Below, in pieces: positions 30,164 to 42,130 of a stretch of DNA of 64,000 nucleotides. The DNA is from Prasinococcaceae sp. CCMP 1430 (lineage: Eukaryota; Plantae; Prasinodermophyta). Positions within the stretch are counted from its first letter, which is position 1; each line of letters opens with the position of its first letter. The notes beneath the pieces were generated by a model, which saw only the letters and a program-made list of their open reading frames with translations, was not told the DNA's origin and made no database searches. The stretch is taken from positions 509,554 to 573,553 of the forward strand of contig RQSC01000004.1 of NCBI GenBank assembly GCA_013416795.1. The letters run 5' to 3'. A program made the translations under genes and the position numbers.

Positions 30164-33100
30164 CTACGTCGCGTCGCGCGCGCGGTCATCGTCGACGGCG
30201 GTGTCGCCGCCGGTCGTCGCACTCTCGGGCGAGGTGGCTTGACGCTGTGGCGTGCGCCCGGCGGAGGCGATGCGGACCACGCTGGTCAGCGCCGTGTCCC
30301 TCGCCTCGTGCAGGTCCAGTACCACTACGAAGGCCGACGCGCAGCCCTCCTGCGTGAGCGCGAGGGTCACCGCGCTCACGTCGAAGCCCTCAGCGGTGCC
30401 TGAGGCTCCTGCGCGAGCGAGGGAATCCGCCAAAGCGAGAGCGAGAACGCGCGCGCGCGGTCAGCACCAGCTCGCGCGAGCGGCACGTTAGGGGGGTGAA
30501 GGGGTGCAAGGGGGGAAAGGGGGTATAGCCTCATCGCGCGCCGCCCACCTGCGTCGGCTCGTCTCCTCTCGGCGAGTGCCTCATCCGCTTCCCTGGGCTC
30601 CTTGTCCCCGCCCTGCGCGGCGGCCGACGCTGCCTCGGAGAGCGCCCTCTCTTCAGCAGCCTTGAGCGCGTCCTGCGACGAGATGCTCCACACCGAGTCC
30701 ACGCACGCACTCTGATCTAGGTCTGATAGCACGAAGTCGCGTATGTGCTGCGCCGTCGCCAGCGAAAACACGCGCAGAGTTGGCGGCAACGTCTGCGGCG
30801 CGTAGACGAGGTAATCCGACCCCACGCCCATGAGCTGCTCGGTGACGCAGAACACAATCCGCGGCAGTGAGATCGAGTCTGCAGCGTGCTTGCCGCGGCC
30901 TAACTTGCCATGGCGCTTCTTGCCACCTCTCCCCGCCTTGCGCCCCTTCTCTGCAGCGCGCCTCTTCGCCGCCCCGAGCATCTGCGCGTCCGCCCTTAGC
31001 TCCGCCTTCGAGCGCAGCACGTCGATGCGCGGCAGGTCGCACCGAGCCCCGTCGGCGGTCACGGTCACCGAGATAAAGCTGACGTGCGGAAACGTGCCGT
31101 GGCCAAAGTCTGGCGGGCGCACCACCGCGCCCAGCACGAGCTCATGCCCAGAGGGAGTGAGGAGCGCGCTGCACACCGTCGTGTCACCTCCCACGCACTT
31201 GAAATGCTGCTGCATGACGGCCGTGATGATGCCGTGTTGGTCCTTGCGTATCAGGTGCAGGCGCTCACCCTCGGGGAGCAATCGTTCGCGCGCAGCGTTG
31301 GACGTGCGAGGATCCTCCTTGTCGGCCACCGTGAGCAAAGAGGGACCCGTGAGTGGCAGCACCACCGCCGTCTCAGCGCCTCCTCCCTCTGGGCGCACGA
31401 GCCACTTTGCGCCGGCGCGGTCCATCTCCCTGTACACTGCCAGCTCGCCCCCGCCGCTGCCGCCGCCCACGTCGCCTTCGCCCCCCGCACTGCCCGGGCC
31501 TCCGCGCCCGCGCCGACCTTTGTTGAAGAACCGCCCTTGGCGTCCGCCGGCGCCCGCCGCCAGGCTCTTCATGTTGGCAAAGCCATCGCGTGCTTCTAGC
31601 AGGCGTCGCTCGGCGTCCTGTGCGATTGTCCTTGCAGAGTCGAATGCGGCCTGCGCAGCTTTGAGCTCTGACTGCTCGCCTCCTTGGTCTGCCACGGCCT
31701 GCTCGTCTCGCGCGCTTGCCTTCCTCGCCGCCTTGAGCCTATTGCGCGCCTTCTTGAGCCTTCTCTCCGCCGCCCTGTGTTCTGCCTCCGCCACGTCGAT
31801 GTCAGACGCGGCGGCGACGTTGGGGTAGACGGTGCGAGGGGCATGCACAGGCGCGAGGGTTTCCAGCCGACGTGGTAAGCGCCACACGGCCGAGGGAGAG
31901 TACCATCCAAATCCAGTGCGCGCGGCGTCCCCCTGTGGCCATACGACCACCACGCCGTCCATGTCCACCGAGACCATGCACGCGCTGTCGGGTAGGAAGC
32001 CAATGTACACGACGTAGGCGTTGTGTGCGCGGTAGACGCTCGCAGCGTGCGCGGTGTCGTTGAGCTCAAGCGTCGGGAGCATGGTGTCCACCTCAGCCTG
32101 CGACAGGACCTTGCCCGCGCCGTGCCCGCTGCCGTGCGCGGCCAAGCTCCCGCGCATGAGATCAGTCTCGCGCTCCCGCTCACGCACGGCCTCTGCGTCC
32201 CCATCATGAATCTTGCCCAGCGCGTCGGTGAGCAGCTGTTCCGTGCCATCCTTTGCACCCACGCACAGGCGCACGATGTCGCCGTTGAGCGCCGCCACAA
32301 CGACGTACGGCTGCGTGGCGACCACGCTGAAGGATGGGTGGAAGCAAGGGGGCGTGCGCACGTACGAAATCGCACCGTGCAGCGCGCCTCTCACTTCGCC
32401 GTCAGCCCCCTCGTCCTCGCCGCCAAGCCGCCCCCTGCCCTCAGGAACCTCAGAGTACACGTCCGCCTCGTCGGCGATGCTCATCTCGTAGTCTGCCTCA
32501 TCAATTGCGTCTGGCAGGGCCTGATCGGGAGGCAGCGTGGTGGGGGGCGCAAGGCGCGTGGCGACGCCCATCGCGCTGCGCTTGCCGGTGACGCCGGTGG
32601 CCACGGAGAGTCCCGCGTCCGATGCGCCGTCTCCCACATGGCCGTCGGCGAGCGACCAGCCTGCTTCAGAGCGGCCGCTGGTCGGCACGGCGGCGGCGGC
32701 GGCGACCTTGTTGGCCTTCCTCGCCCGAAGGCCGCCGAAGAAGCCGCCCGAGGTTTTGGGCGCGGGTGGTTTCGGCGGCCTCCTCGCGCCCCCGCCCGCC
32801 TCTCGCCGTTCCCTCATTCTCTGTGCCTCTTTCGCCGCCTGAGCCGAGCTCTCGAACCTGCCCTTGATTCCAAAAGCATGCTTCATCTTCTTGAGCCGCT
32901 GCTCGATCTGCATCTGCTTGATCTCCCTCAGGCGCTGCTTGGCCGCGCCGTCCTTCACGGCCTCGACGATCTCGTTGGCGCCCTTGATGCCCGGCGATAT
33001 CGACGTCGAGGGGATCTGCGTGACGCGCACGGTGCTCGTGAGCGCCATGAGGCCGAGGGCATAGCTCTCGTCGCCGAAGTGTTCGGCCTTGGCGCCTTTG

Positions 33101-34830
33101 AATCGCCACACTCGCACGGTGCCCTCCACGTCCGTGGTGGCCAGCTGGCGCTGGTCGACGCTCCACGCCATGCCAACCACTGCACACGTGCCCGTACTCG
33201 GAGGCACCTCCCAACGCCGCTTCTTGCCCCACCACCAGCGCGCTCGCTCGTGCTCGCAGTGTCGGATGCGCGCTGGCGGAGAGCGCCGCAGGTCGTACAC
33301 GAGCACGTCGCCTTCGCTCGTCCCCACCGCCAGCAGGCGCCCAGTGGGAGAAGGACGCACGCAAGACACCTTGTGGCGCGAGCCAGCAGATATCGCAGAG
33401 GCGCCGCGCTTCCCGCGGTCCGTGGCGTAGAGCCGTACATTGGCCCAGAAGGCCCTTTCCGCCCCCTTCGCCACCTCCGTGTGCTTCTCCCTCGGCCAGT
33501 CAGGCGAGCGCAGCAGCGTGTCCTTCGAGTCAACGGCCATCGCGCCAAACATGCTGTGCCTGGCCGCTGAGCCATCACGCGCCGATTCGGTCGCGCCCTC
33601 CTCGCGCACGCGCTCCGCGTACCGGCGTCTGGCGCGCATCTCTGTCGCCATCGCAACCATGCCGCTGTGGAGCCGCTCGTGCACAATCACGCTCGCTTTG
33701 TCCTTGCGATCTCCGCGCGGCAGGCCCCCGAGCCCCCCGAGCTCCTCATCTGAGCTCTCCGACTCGCTGTCCTCGCTGTCGCTTTCGGATTCCTCCTCCG
33801 CAGTGAACAAGCTATCGTCCCACTGCTGGGCTCTCTCACGCGTGCGCGCACCGTCGAGCTCCATCGCGATCGCCAGCTCAAGGTCGCCCTCCACGTTCCC
33901 CTCCGAGGCAGCGGGAGCCGCCGCATCCGCGCCTGTGACGTCCGCACCTGCCACACCTCCTGCCCGCGCGAGCGTCCACATCTTCTCGGAGGCATCGCCT
34001 AAGGACGGGCCGGCCTCGAAGTTCGACAGCGCGGAGGCCGCCAGCAGGTTGACACCGAAGCTGACATGCGCCTGTGCGCCGGCGACTATCTCGGCGCGCG
34101 CGTTGCGCACAACCGTGATCACCTCCTCACGGATGAGCTCGTCGAGAAGCACGCCCGCCATGGCGTCGCGCCACTGATGCGCTCGCGCGCGCCAAGCCTT
34201 TCTGTCCTCGAGCGTTTGCTCCCGAGTGGGCTTCGCCTCGGAGACCTCCACCGCGCGGTCCACGATGCTCTCGAAAAGCACCGCCATGACGCGGGCGCGC
34301 ACGGGAAGCAGGTGCTCCGGGTAGGACTTGGGACCGAGCGAGCCGTCGTACGTCCGCTCTCGCGCCTCCACCGCGCGCTGGCGCCGTGCGGCCGTGAGAT
34401 CCGCGCGGCGGCGCGCGGCTTCGATCGCGCGCTCGTGCTCGTCCATTCCGCGTTGCAGGCTCGACACGTAGTGACCGATCTGCACGAGGTTCAGCGGGCC
34501 GTCGGGGAGCACCGGCGCGGGCGCGAGCAGCGCGCTGCTGTCTGCCTCACCCACGGGCGCGCCCGGCGCCACGTCCTCGTCCTCTTCGCTGTGCTGCGCC
34601 TGCCGCTCCTCGAGGTATTTCTTTTGCGTCTGCTGCCGCCTCAGCGAGCGGTGCCGCTTCTGCGTGCGCTTCGCGTTCCGCTGCATCGCCTCCATGACGG
34701 CGTCGCGTCGCGTCTCGAGCTCGAGGAGCGCGGCCTTTACGGCAGCCGAGGCGGATGCGCGCTCGGCGTCGCGCGCGCCAACGACGGACGCGACCACGCC
34801 CGCCGCGCCGTGGCCCGGCACGGCCCCCGC
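30164..34830 (-). CDS. Large WD40-repeat protein with N-terminal coiled coil; last intron 30548-30409; start not found
   Basis: WD repeats VSCVRPSPTGRLLAVGTSEGDVLVYD, VVGMAWSVDQRQLATTDVEGTVRVW, AHNAYVVYIGFLPDSACMVSVDMDGVVVVW. The in-phase last exon GASGTAEGFDV... ends at TAG 30164. Confidence 0.8.
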
Positions 34831-34878
34831 GGCCGCCACCGACCTCACGAAGCGCGCGCGCGGGGTGGTGCCCTGCAG

Positions 34879-35190
34879 CTGCCCCCGCGCCCGCCGCGCA
34901 GCCGCGCAGTCCCAGCTCGGCGAGGCACTCACCGAGCTCGTGCTGCGCCAGCTGTGCGTGCAGGGCGACATCTTCCTGTCGGAGGACTCGCGCCGCGCGT
35001 ACGCCGTCGCGCACCTGCAGGCCGTGCTCGCGTGGGCCTCGCCGCCCGCCGAGCTCGCGGCGGCGGCTGCCGCGAGCGCCCCAGGTGCCGAGGAAGAGCT
35101 GCGCTCGGCCACCGCGTGCCTGTGCGCGGCTGCTCGCCAGTGCGGGGCGGCGGCCGAGGCGGTTGACGCAGTGCTGGGCGCGGTCTTCCC

Positions 35191-35228
<38 letters not shown>

Positions 35229-35542
35229 GCGCGCTCGACGCGATGGCCGCGCTCGCTATAGAGTGCGCGCGTCACGGTGGCTGCGACTGGGAGCGCGAGG
35301 ACTGGTCGAGCGAGTGCTGCCAGGCGCTGCTCGAGGCGCTGGGCAACCTCGCGTCGCCGCCGCCGGTGCTCTTCGTGGGCATGCGCGGCGCGGGCGGCGG
35401 GGGCGGCGTCGCGTCGGCGCGCGCCAAGGCGGCCGCGTTCGCGGCGTTCGAGGGCTTCGTGGGCGCGAGCCTTGCGATGGCGGCGGCGGGTGCCGACGAG
35501 GATGAGGACGTGCACGAGGGCGCGGCCGCGCGCGTGGCCGCG
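34879..35542 (+). CDS. Orphan coding fragment (helical, poly-Gln), cut by N at 35543
   Basis: Protein-like composition (LTELVLRQLCVQGDIFLSED...CQALLEALGNL), preceded by CTCAC...CCCTGCAG acceptor-like sequence. No family recognised. Confidence 0.45.
35191..35228 (+). repeat. (CAG)n microsatellite encoding poly-Gln
   Basis: About 12 CAG units. Confidence 0.95.
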
Positions 35543-35641
35543 NGGGGGTGGAGGGGGAGGAGGAAGAAGGGGGAGGAGGAAGGGGGGACCGCGTTGTTCC
35601 TCCGCAGGTTAAGGGAGCCGCGGCCCTCCCTCCCGCGAAGG

Positions 35642-38600
35642 ATGCGGCCGGTGATGGCAGCGCCGACGCGAGCGGGCGCCGCGGGCGGCGGCGGCGCCGC
35701 GATCGCCACCGAAGGCGCCCAAAGGGCGAGCACGTGGTCCGAGTACTTGGCGGCGCTCTGGCGCTCGAACTCGGCGCAGCTGTGCGTGCTGTCGGCGGGG
35801 GTGGCGTACGCGCTCACGTGGGCGTCGGACAGCGCGCTGCTGAACGCGCCTGTCGCGCTCGCCGCCACGGTCGCCGCGGCCAGGCTCGTGTCGCGGGCGG
35901 ACAAGGCAGAGGAGCAGCGCGCCGCCGCCGCGGCGCTCGTGCAGCGCGCCGAGAAGGGTCTGGTCGCCGCCGGCGACGGCGCCGGCCCGGGCGCCGCGGG
36001 CGGCAATGCGACCACCGCCGCGTGGCAGGAGCGCCTCGATCCCGTGGAGGCAGAGGAAATCGAGGCCCTGGTGCGCGCCGTGGTGGACGAGTTCATCCGC
36101 AAGCTCTGGTGGGAGCAGTGGATGCCCGACCGCGCGTTCCCGCGCGAGACCGAGCGGCTGCTAGGCGCCATCATCGCCGAGGTCGTCGTGCGCGCGCGCG
36201 AGGTGAACATGGCCGCGCTGCTGCTGCGCGACGCCGTCGCCGTGGCGGGCGCGCAGCTGGAGTCCTTCCGCCAGGCGCGCGACGTGGCGCTCGGCCCGGC
36301 CGACTCCGCGACGGCCGGGCGGCTCGGCCACGCCGAGCGCTCGCGGCGCATCGCGCGCGCGCTCGCCGCGGGGGGCTCGCTGCATGTCGCGTCGCGCTCC
36401 AAGCGCGCAGAGCACGCGTACTTCGCGCACATCAGCGACGCCATGGTCACGCGCGTGCTGCCCGCGCAAGAGGGGTCGGTGCGCGTCCTTCGCCTGCTCT
36501 CGCGCGAGCTGCTGGCGACGACCGTCCTCACGCCTGTGCTCGGGGCGTGCACGCCCGCGGCCTTCACCTCGCTCCTGGCGAACGTGATCGCGTCGCGCAA
36601 GGAGGCGGGCAAGGCGGGCGTGCCCGGCGAGAGCGGCGCAGGCTACGGGTCGGCGGCGGCTCGCAGCGCCGGCCCGAGCCGCGCGCGTCCGGGTCGCCAC
36701 CGCCGCACCGAGAGCGACCCCGCTTTCTTGCGCCGCCAAGACGCCGAGCAGATGGACCTCGGTACGATGAGCCTCAGCGCCGTGCTCGGCGACGCCGAGG
36801 CGGACGACAGATTGAGTGCGCGCAGCGCCGTCGGCGAGGCCGCTCAGCCGGCGGGCAGCAGCGAGGCGGGCGCGCCGAGGTCGCCCTCGAAGCGAACGCA
36901 CACGCGGGTGGGATCCAATGCCGACGTGGACGCGCTTGTGGCCCAGTCCTTGCCTGACCTCTCGCGCGAGGGCAGTGCGACCGACCGCAGGTCTTCCAAA
37001 GCTATGTCCAGCTCGGTGCCATCGCTGCCCGCCGAGGGCGTGCTCGAGGCTGAGTACGTAGTGGTCGACGAGGACGACGACCCGCTGCGCGGCAGTGGCG
37101 TCGGCGTCGGCGGCACAGAATCACCACAGTCTGCGTCGGGCGGTGGCGACGCCTCCGCGGCCTCGCAGGCAGCGAGCCCGTCGGGCGGTCAGGACGGAGG
37201 TGATGTCTCGTCCTCGCATTCGGCGCCCGACGAATGCGAGGGCGAGCCACTGGCTGCGCTCACGGAAGCGGACCTGCGCGACGCATTCGTGCGGTCGCAT
37301 GTGAGCGTGAGCATTACCAGCTCGGTGATGCGCGAGGAAACTGGCGTGCGCATGCTTCAAAAGCCCGAGTACGTGGCCTACATCCTCACCGTGGCTGCCG
37401 AGGGCGCGTCTTGGACCGTAGAGCGGCGCTTTCGGCAATTCGAAGCGCTACACAAACGCATGCGCGACGTGCCTGCGTACGAAGGCATGGAGCTCCCACC
37501 GAAACGACGCATTCCCGGTCTGGGCAACACGGGCAAGGCCATCATTGGCGCTCGAAGGTGCGATTCGCGTCTGCCACACCGCGCCAGTCCCTGCGCTCCG
37601 TCGCGCGGCCGCGCGCGCGCCGCGGCGCCTGGCTTGGCTCGCCTGGCTGACGCACCTTGGCCTTGGGCGCGGCGGAATCGCAACGGACGTGGATGCACGC
37701 TTGCAGGTACCTGCTTGAGGCATACCTGGTCGAGCTTGTGTCTTCGCCGCGGCTCAAAGTGCACCCTGCCGTGGCGGAGTTTTTGTTGCCGGGCACGTCG
37801 TACGACCCCAGCGGCGACGGCCGCGCGCTGGCGGCGGCAGTGGTGGGGGGGGGCGCGGGACTGTCGGGCGCTGCAGGCGGTGCAGGCGCATCATCGCGGC
37901 GCACGCGCGCGCACAGCGCAGCCACCGCTGCTCAACCCTCCGCGTCTCAGCCCGTTCTGGACGGGCGGGGCAGCCTTGGCGACCGGGATCGTTTCGCGAG
38001 ATCTGACTCGGTGAATTCGAGGCTCTCGGGCACGCCCGAGCACGAGTCCGAATTGAGCACGGCGGAGTCGGGTGCGGCGACGGCCACAGCGCGTTCAACG
38101 CGGCCGCCAATCGCCGCGCCCTTGTCGACGCCGGCGCAGAGCTTCACGGCAGGTGGACGCGGCACCAGGCGCGAGCAGGACGGACGCCTGGTGCAGCGCG
38201 CCGCATCCACGAGGCCGACGCACGGGGAGCCGCCCGACGAGGCCGCGATGGTTGTGTCCGCCTCGCGCCAGCTGGATCACCTGTTCGGGCTGAGCGAGGG
38301 GCTGTACGAGTTTGCCAGCATAGTCTTCAACCTACGCGAGCGTGGGTGGCTGCGCCGACAAGTGGTATGGATCGCCAAGCAGCTCGTCGAAGTGGTCGCG
38401 GGCGAGGCGATGGAGGACGCGCTCTCCAGCGGCATGGACGCGTTGGCGTCCGCGGGCACGCGCGCATATCTGGTCAAGCTCATCCGCGAGACGGTGTGGC
38501 CAGGCGGCGTGTGGTACACCCTCGTGCCCTCGTACAAGGAACGCCTAGAGGAGAACACCTTCGCCGCCGAGATGGTCGTGCGCAAGGCGCTCCTGGATGA

Positions 38601-38880
38601 CCCACAGGTGCCCGACGCCCTGGTGAACCTGATAGGCAAGAAGAGCTGCCGGGCGGGATTACGGGACATACACCAGGCGATATCGAGCGAAGCATTCACG
38701 CGCCAGTTCAGCTTGAGCCTGTTCGAGGTGCTGCTCTGCCACCTCTTTCCTGAGCTCGAGCTGGTTGTCGACGCAGCCAAGGACGAGGCTGCTGACGTGC
38801 TCCGGGCCGAACAGGCGGAGGAGCGGCGTGCTGCCGCCACCGCCTCGGTGGACGCGGACGCGCAGCGCGCGCGCGATTGA
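35642..38880 (+). CDS. PXA-PX-PXC sorting nexin (SNX13/14/Mdm1-like, plant type), intron 37558-37706
   Basis: N-terminal TM pair, PXA (VVDEFIRKLWW..W.PDRAFPRE), PX (YVAYILTV...WTVERRFRQFEALHKRM...LPPKR...YLLEAYL), PXC (GLYEFASIVFNLRERGWLRRQV). Confidence 0.9.
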
Positions 38881-38912
38881 GATCCTACAGTGAGGCGTTC
38901 ACTGCCTTATTA

Positions 38913-41694
38913 TTACACTTGATACCGCCCCCCCACGGCATGGCCCGGCAGGCTCTGCTTGGCCACCTCCTCCTCGATGCGGCGCTTGATGTCGCTGCGG
39001 CAACGCCTGACTGACATTTCGCTCTTGCCCTCGATGAGGATGTACAGTTTGCGCTCGCCAGGTGGCACCTTCAGGCCTGGCTTGACGTAGACACCCTTGG
39101 GCGTGAGCGACACCTCGTGGTTGCGCTCCATCTCCATGAAGGCTTGCTTGTTGGTCACCGCGTACCGCGCGGGCTGGCTGAAGTCGTTGATCTCAATCTC
39201 CGACTGGAAGTGCCCGCGCAGCGAGGGGGGCGCCGCGTGATTCTGCGGCCCGACGGCACCGCCGAGGCGCAGGCTGAGTGACTTGGCCGTTTCGCTCGCC
39301 TTGAGCACGATGGCGTTCTGCGTCCCGGCCACCACCAGTTGTTGCTTGGCCATGGCCTCGGCCGCAGCCTTGGCGGCCGCCTGCGCCGCGGCGCGCTGCG
39401 CGGCGGTCACGCCCGGCGCGTCGCCAGTCCCACTTCCGCCCGCCGTCGAGCTCGAGGGAGCAGCAACGGCGTCGCGCACGCCCAGGCCCGCCGCGATGGG
39501 CTTCAGCACCCCCTTCTCCTTGGCAGCCTTGGAGTTGGCCTCCGCCTTGGCGATGAGCATCTGGGCGTGCTGCTTGGCGCGGTCACGCGCGGCCTCCTCT
39601 GCCGTCTTGACCACGCCATCATCCTCCGAGTCCGACGAATCGCTGTCGGCGCCGTCGCCCGCACCGTCGCCAAACTGCTTGGCCTGCGCCTTGCGCTTCT
39701 TGCTGCCCTTGTCGGCCTCCTCCTTGTCGAAGCGGAAGCCCTTGCCACCGAAGCCAGAGCCCGCGGTGCTGGCCGTGCCCAGAAGCAGCCTCTGCTTCTG
39801 CTGGTAGTTGAGCGCGCGAAGGCCGAGCGGTATGTGCTGGCCACTCTGCTCGAGCGCCTTGATTATGTCGTTCGCGTAGTGCGACTCATCGGTGCCAATG
39901 AACGTGTACGCAGTGCCCTTGTTGCCCGCGCGGCCCGTCCGCCCGACGCGGTGCACGTAGTCCTCCATGTGCGACGGCGTGTCGTAATTGATGACCAGAC
40001 GGCATCCGGGCACGTCCAGGCCGCGGGCGCACACAGACGTGGCCACGATCATGTTGCACACGTCGCTCTTGAAGTCCGCGATGGTCGTGTCGCGGTCGGC
40101 CTGCTCCTGGCCGCCGTGCAGGCTGAGGCACGGGTAGCCCGCGCGCAGGAGGTCCTGGAAGAGCTTGGCACACCTGTCCTGGGAGTGCACAAAGATGATC
40201 ACCTTGCCCAGCTCGAACCACTCGCCGAGGAGCTCGAGTGTGCGCAGGAACCTGTCCTCCTCTGGCCGCACCTCTACGTGCTGGTCGATGTCGCGATTGA
40301 CCACGGACCTGCCGCCCACCAGAATCTCCAGCGGACTGCTGAGCGCCTCCTTGGCGAGCAGCTCGACCTGCCTGGGGAAAGTGGCGGAGAACATGACGGT
40401 CTGGCGGTCGGGGCGCGTGTTTTGTATGATCTTGGTGATCTGCGGCGCGAAACCCATGTCGAAGCACCTGTCTGCCTCGTCGAGAACCAGGAAGCTCACA
40501 CGGCCCAGGTTGGTGACCTTGCCGCCGCCGGCGGTGAGGATGTCGATGAAGCGCCCTGGCGTGGCCACGACGATCTCGCAGCCCGCCTTCATGGCAGAGA
40601 TCTGCGCACCGATTGGGCTGCCGCCGTACGCGGCCACCACGCGCAGGTTCACCGCGCGCGCGAAGCGCCGCGTGTCCTCGTAAATCTGCCGCGTGAGCTC
40701 GCGCGTGGGCGCCATCACCAGCCCCACCATGCCCTCGCCCTGCGCCAGCGGGCGCTGGTCCATCACGTGGCGCAGCATTGGGAGCACGAATGCCAGCGTC
40801 TTGCCCGAGCCCGTCTTCGCGATGCCTATGCAGTCGCGCCCGCTCATGATGGCGGGCAGTGCTTGCGCCTGGATGGCCGTCGGCTTCTCGAACGCCAGCT
40901 TTTTGAGGACACCGAGGATGCGGTCGCTGAGGCCGCACTGGTACCAGCTGCGGATGGGGCACGGCGCGCCCTTGCCGCGCACGCGGATCTCGAGCTCCTC
41001 CTTGAGCGCGGCGCGCGCCTCGGCGCCCATGCGCTTGAGCTCTGGCGCCTCGATGTACAGATCCTTCCGAATGGGCTCGTACGCGACCGCGGCGTGGTCG
41101 ACGCGCGCCATCCTGTCCGACTTGGAGCGCTGGGTGGTCAGCCGCTTCGCCCACTCGGCGTCGGTCTCCTCCTTGGCGGCGCGTCGCGCCGCCTCCTCGT
41201 CCTCGCTGTCTGAGTCCGCCCCGTCCCCGAATCGGCTCAGCGGAAGCTCACGCCCACCTGCGCCGCTCGCACCGCCGCCGCCCTTCCCCCCGCCCGTGCC
41301 GCTCGCACCGTTCGGGGGCGCACCCTCCTTCTCTCTGTCCTCCAGGCGCTGCACCTCGGGCATCACCTCAGCGGCCATGAAAGCGTCGAGCGGATCGACC
41401 TCGTCGTCGGCTGCGGGCTGCTGCTGCGCGGCTTCCGCGCCAGCGCCGGGCGCCGGGGCAGGCGCGCTGCCGCCGTCGTCGTCTGCGAACCCCGGCGGGA
41501 GGCGCTGCTTGGGCGCCTCCTCAGCGAACAACGACGCGGGCCTGCGCGCCCCTGCGCCGCTGCCGCCGCCGCTGCCACCGCCAGCAGCGCCCGCACCGCC
41601 GCCGCTCCCCCCCGCGGCGGCGCCGGCACCGCCGAACGCGAACGCCGGCGCGCCGAACTTAATCGGCGCCGGCTTGGCCTGCGATGGGGACGCC
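38913..41694 (-). CDS. DDX46: DEAD-box RNA helicase DDX46/Prp5; 5' end lost at N 41695
   Basis: EVDPLDAFM, AKTGSGKT, PTREL, VTNLGRVSFLVLDEADR, SAT, YVHRVGRTGRAG, and the C-terminal EIEINDF...KLYILIEG KH-like domain. Confidence 0.95.
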
Positions 41695-42130
41695 NGCTCG
41701 CGCCGCGCCCCACGGCGCCCCTCCTCGTCCCTCTCGGCCCCCACACCCCGCCGCCCGCTCCGCGCGTCCCGGCGCGGGCTCTGGCGCGGGCGCCGCTAGC
41801 TAGGGCGCGCGCCTCCCGCCCGTGCCGCGGCACCGGCACATCAAAAACTGCCGCCGGCCCCTTTCCCCCCGCGACCGCCGTCGTCATCCCCAGTCTCATC
41901 CTCGGGCTGTCCCGGGTACCAGCGATGGTACCATGATGGTACTGGGACTGGTTGACAGGATTCAAACCCAAACGTGCCCTCCGCCAAAACTGGATGAAAA
42001 GTGCACTCTTCACCCAAAACTAGACCCTACAAACACTTTGATGACCGTAAATGCGCCATAACGCGGGGCTCCGGGAGGCGCCCCGGGGTCGCGGGCGGGG
42101 CCATGCAAGACAATCTGTTTTTTTTTTTTT

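Noticed and set aside
34664-38014. Single 1116-aa ORF as one gene
   Set aside because: It reads through an N at 35543 and an intron at 37558. It merges antisense WD40 sequence, an orphan fragment and the sorting nexin.
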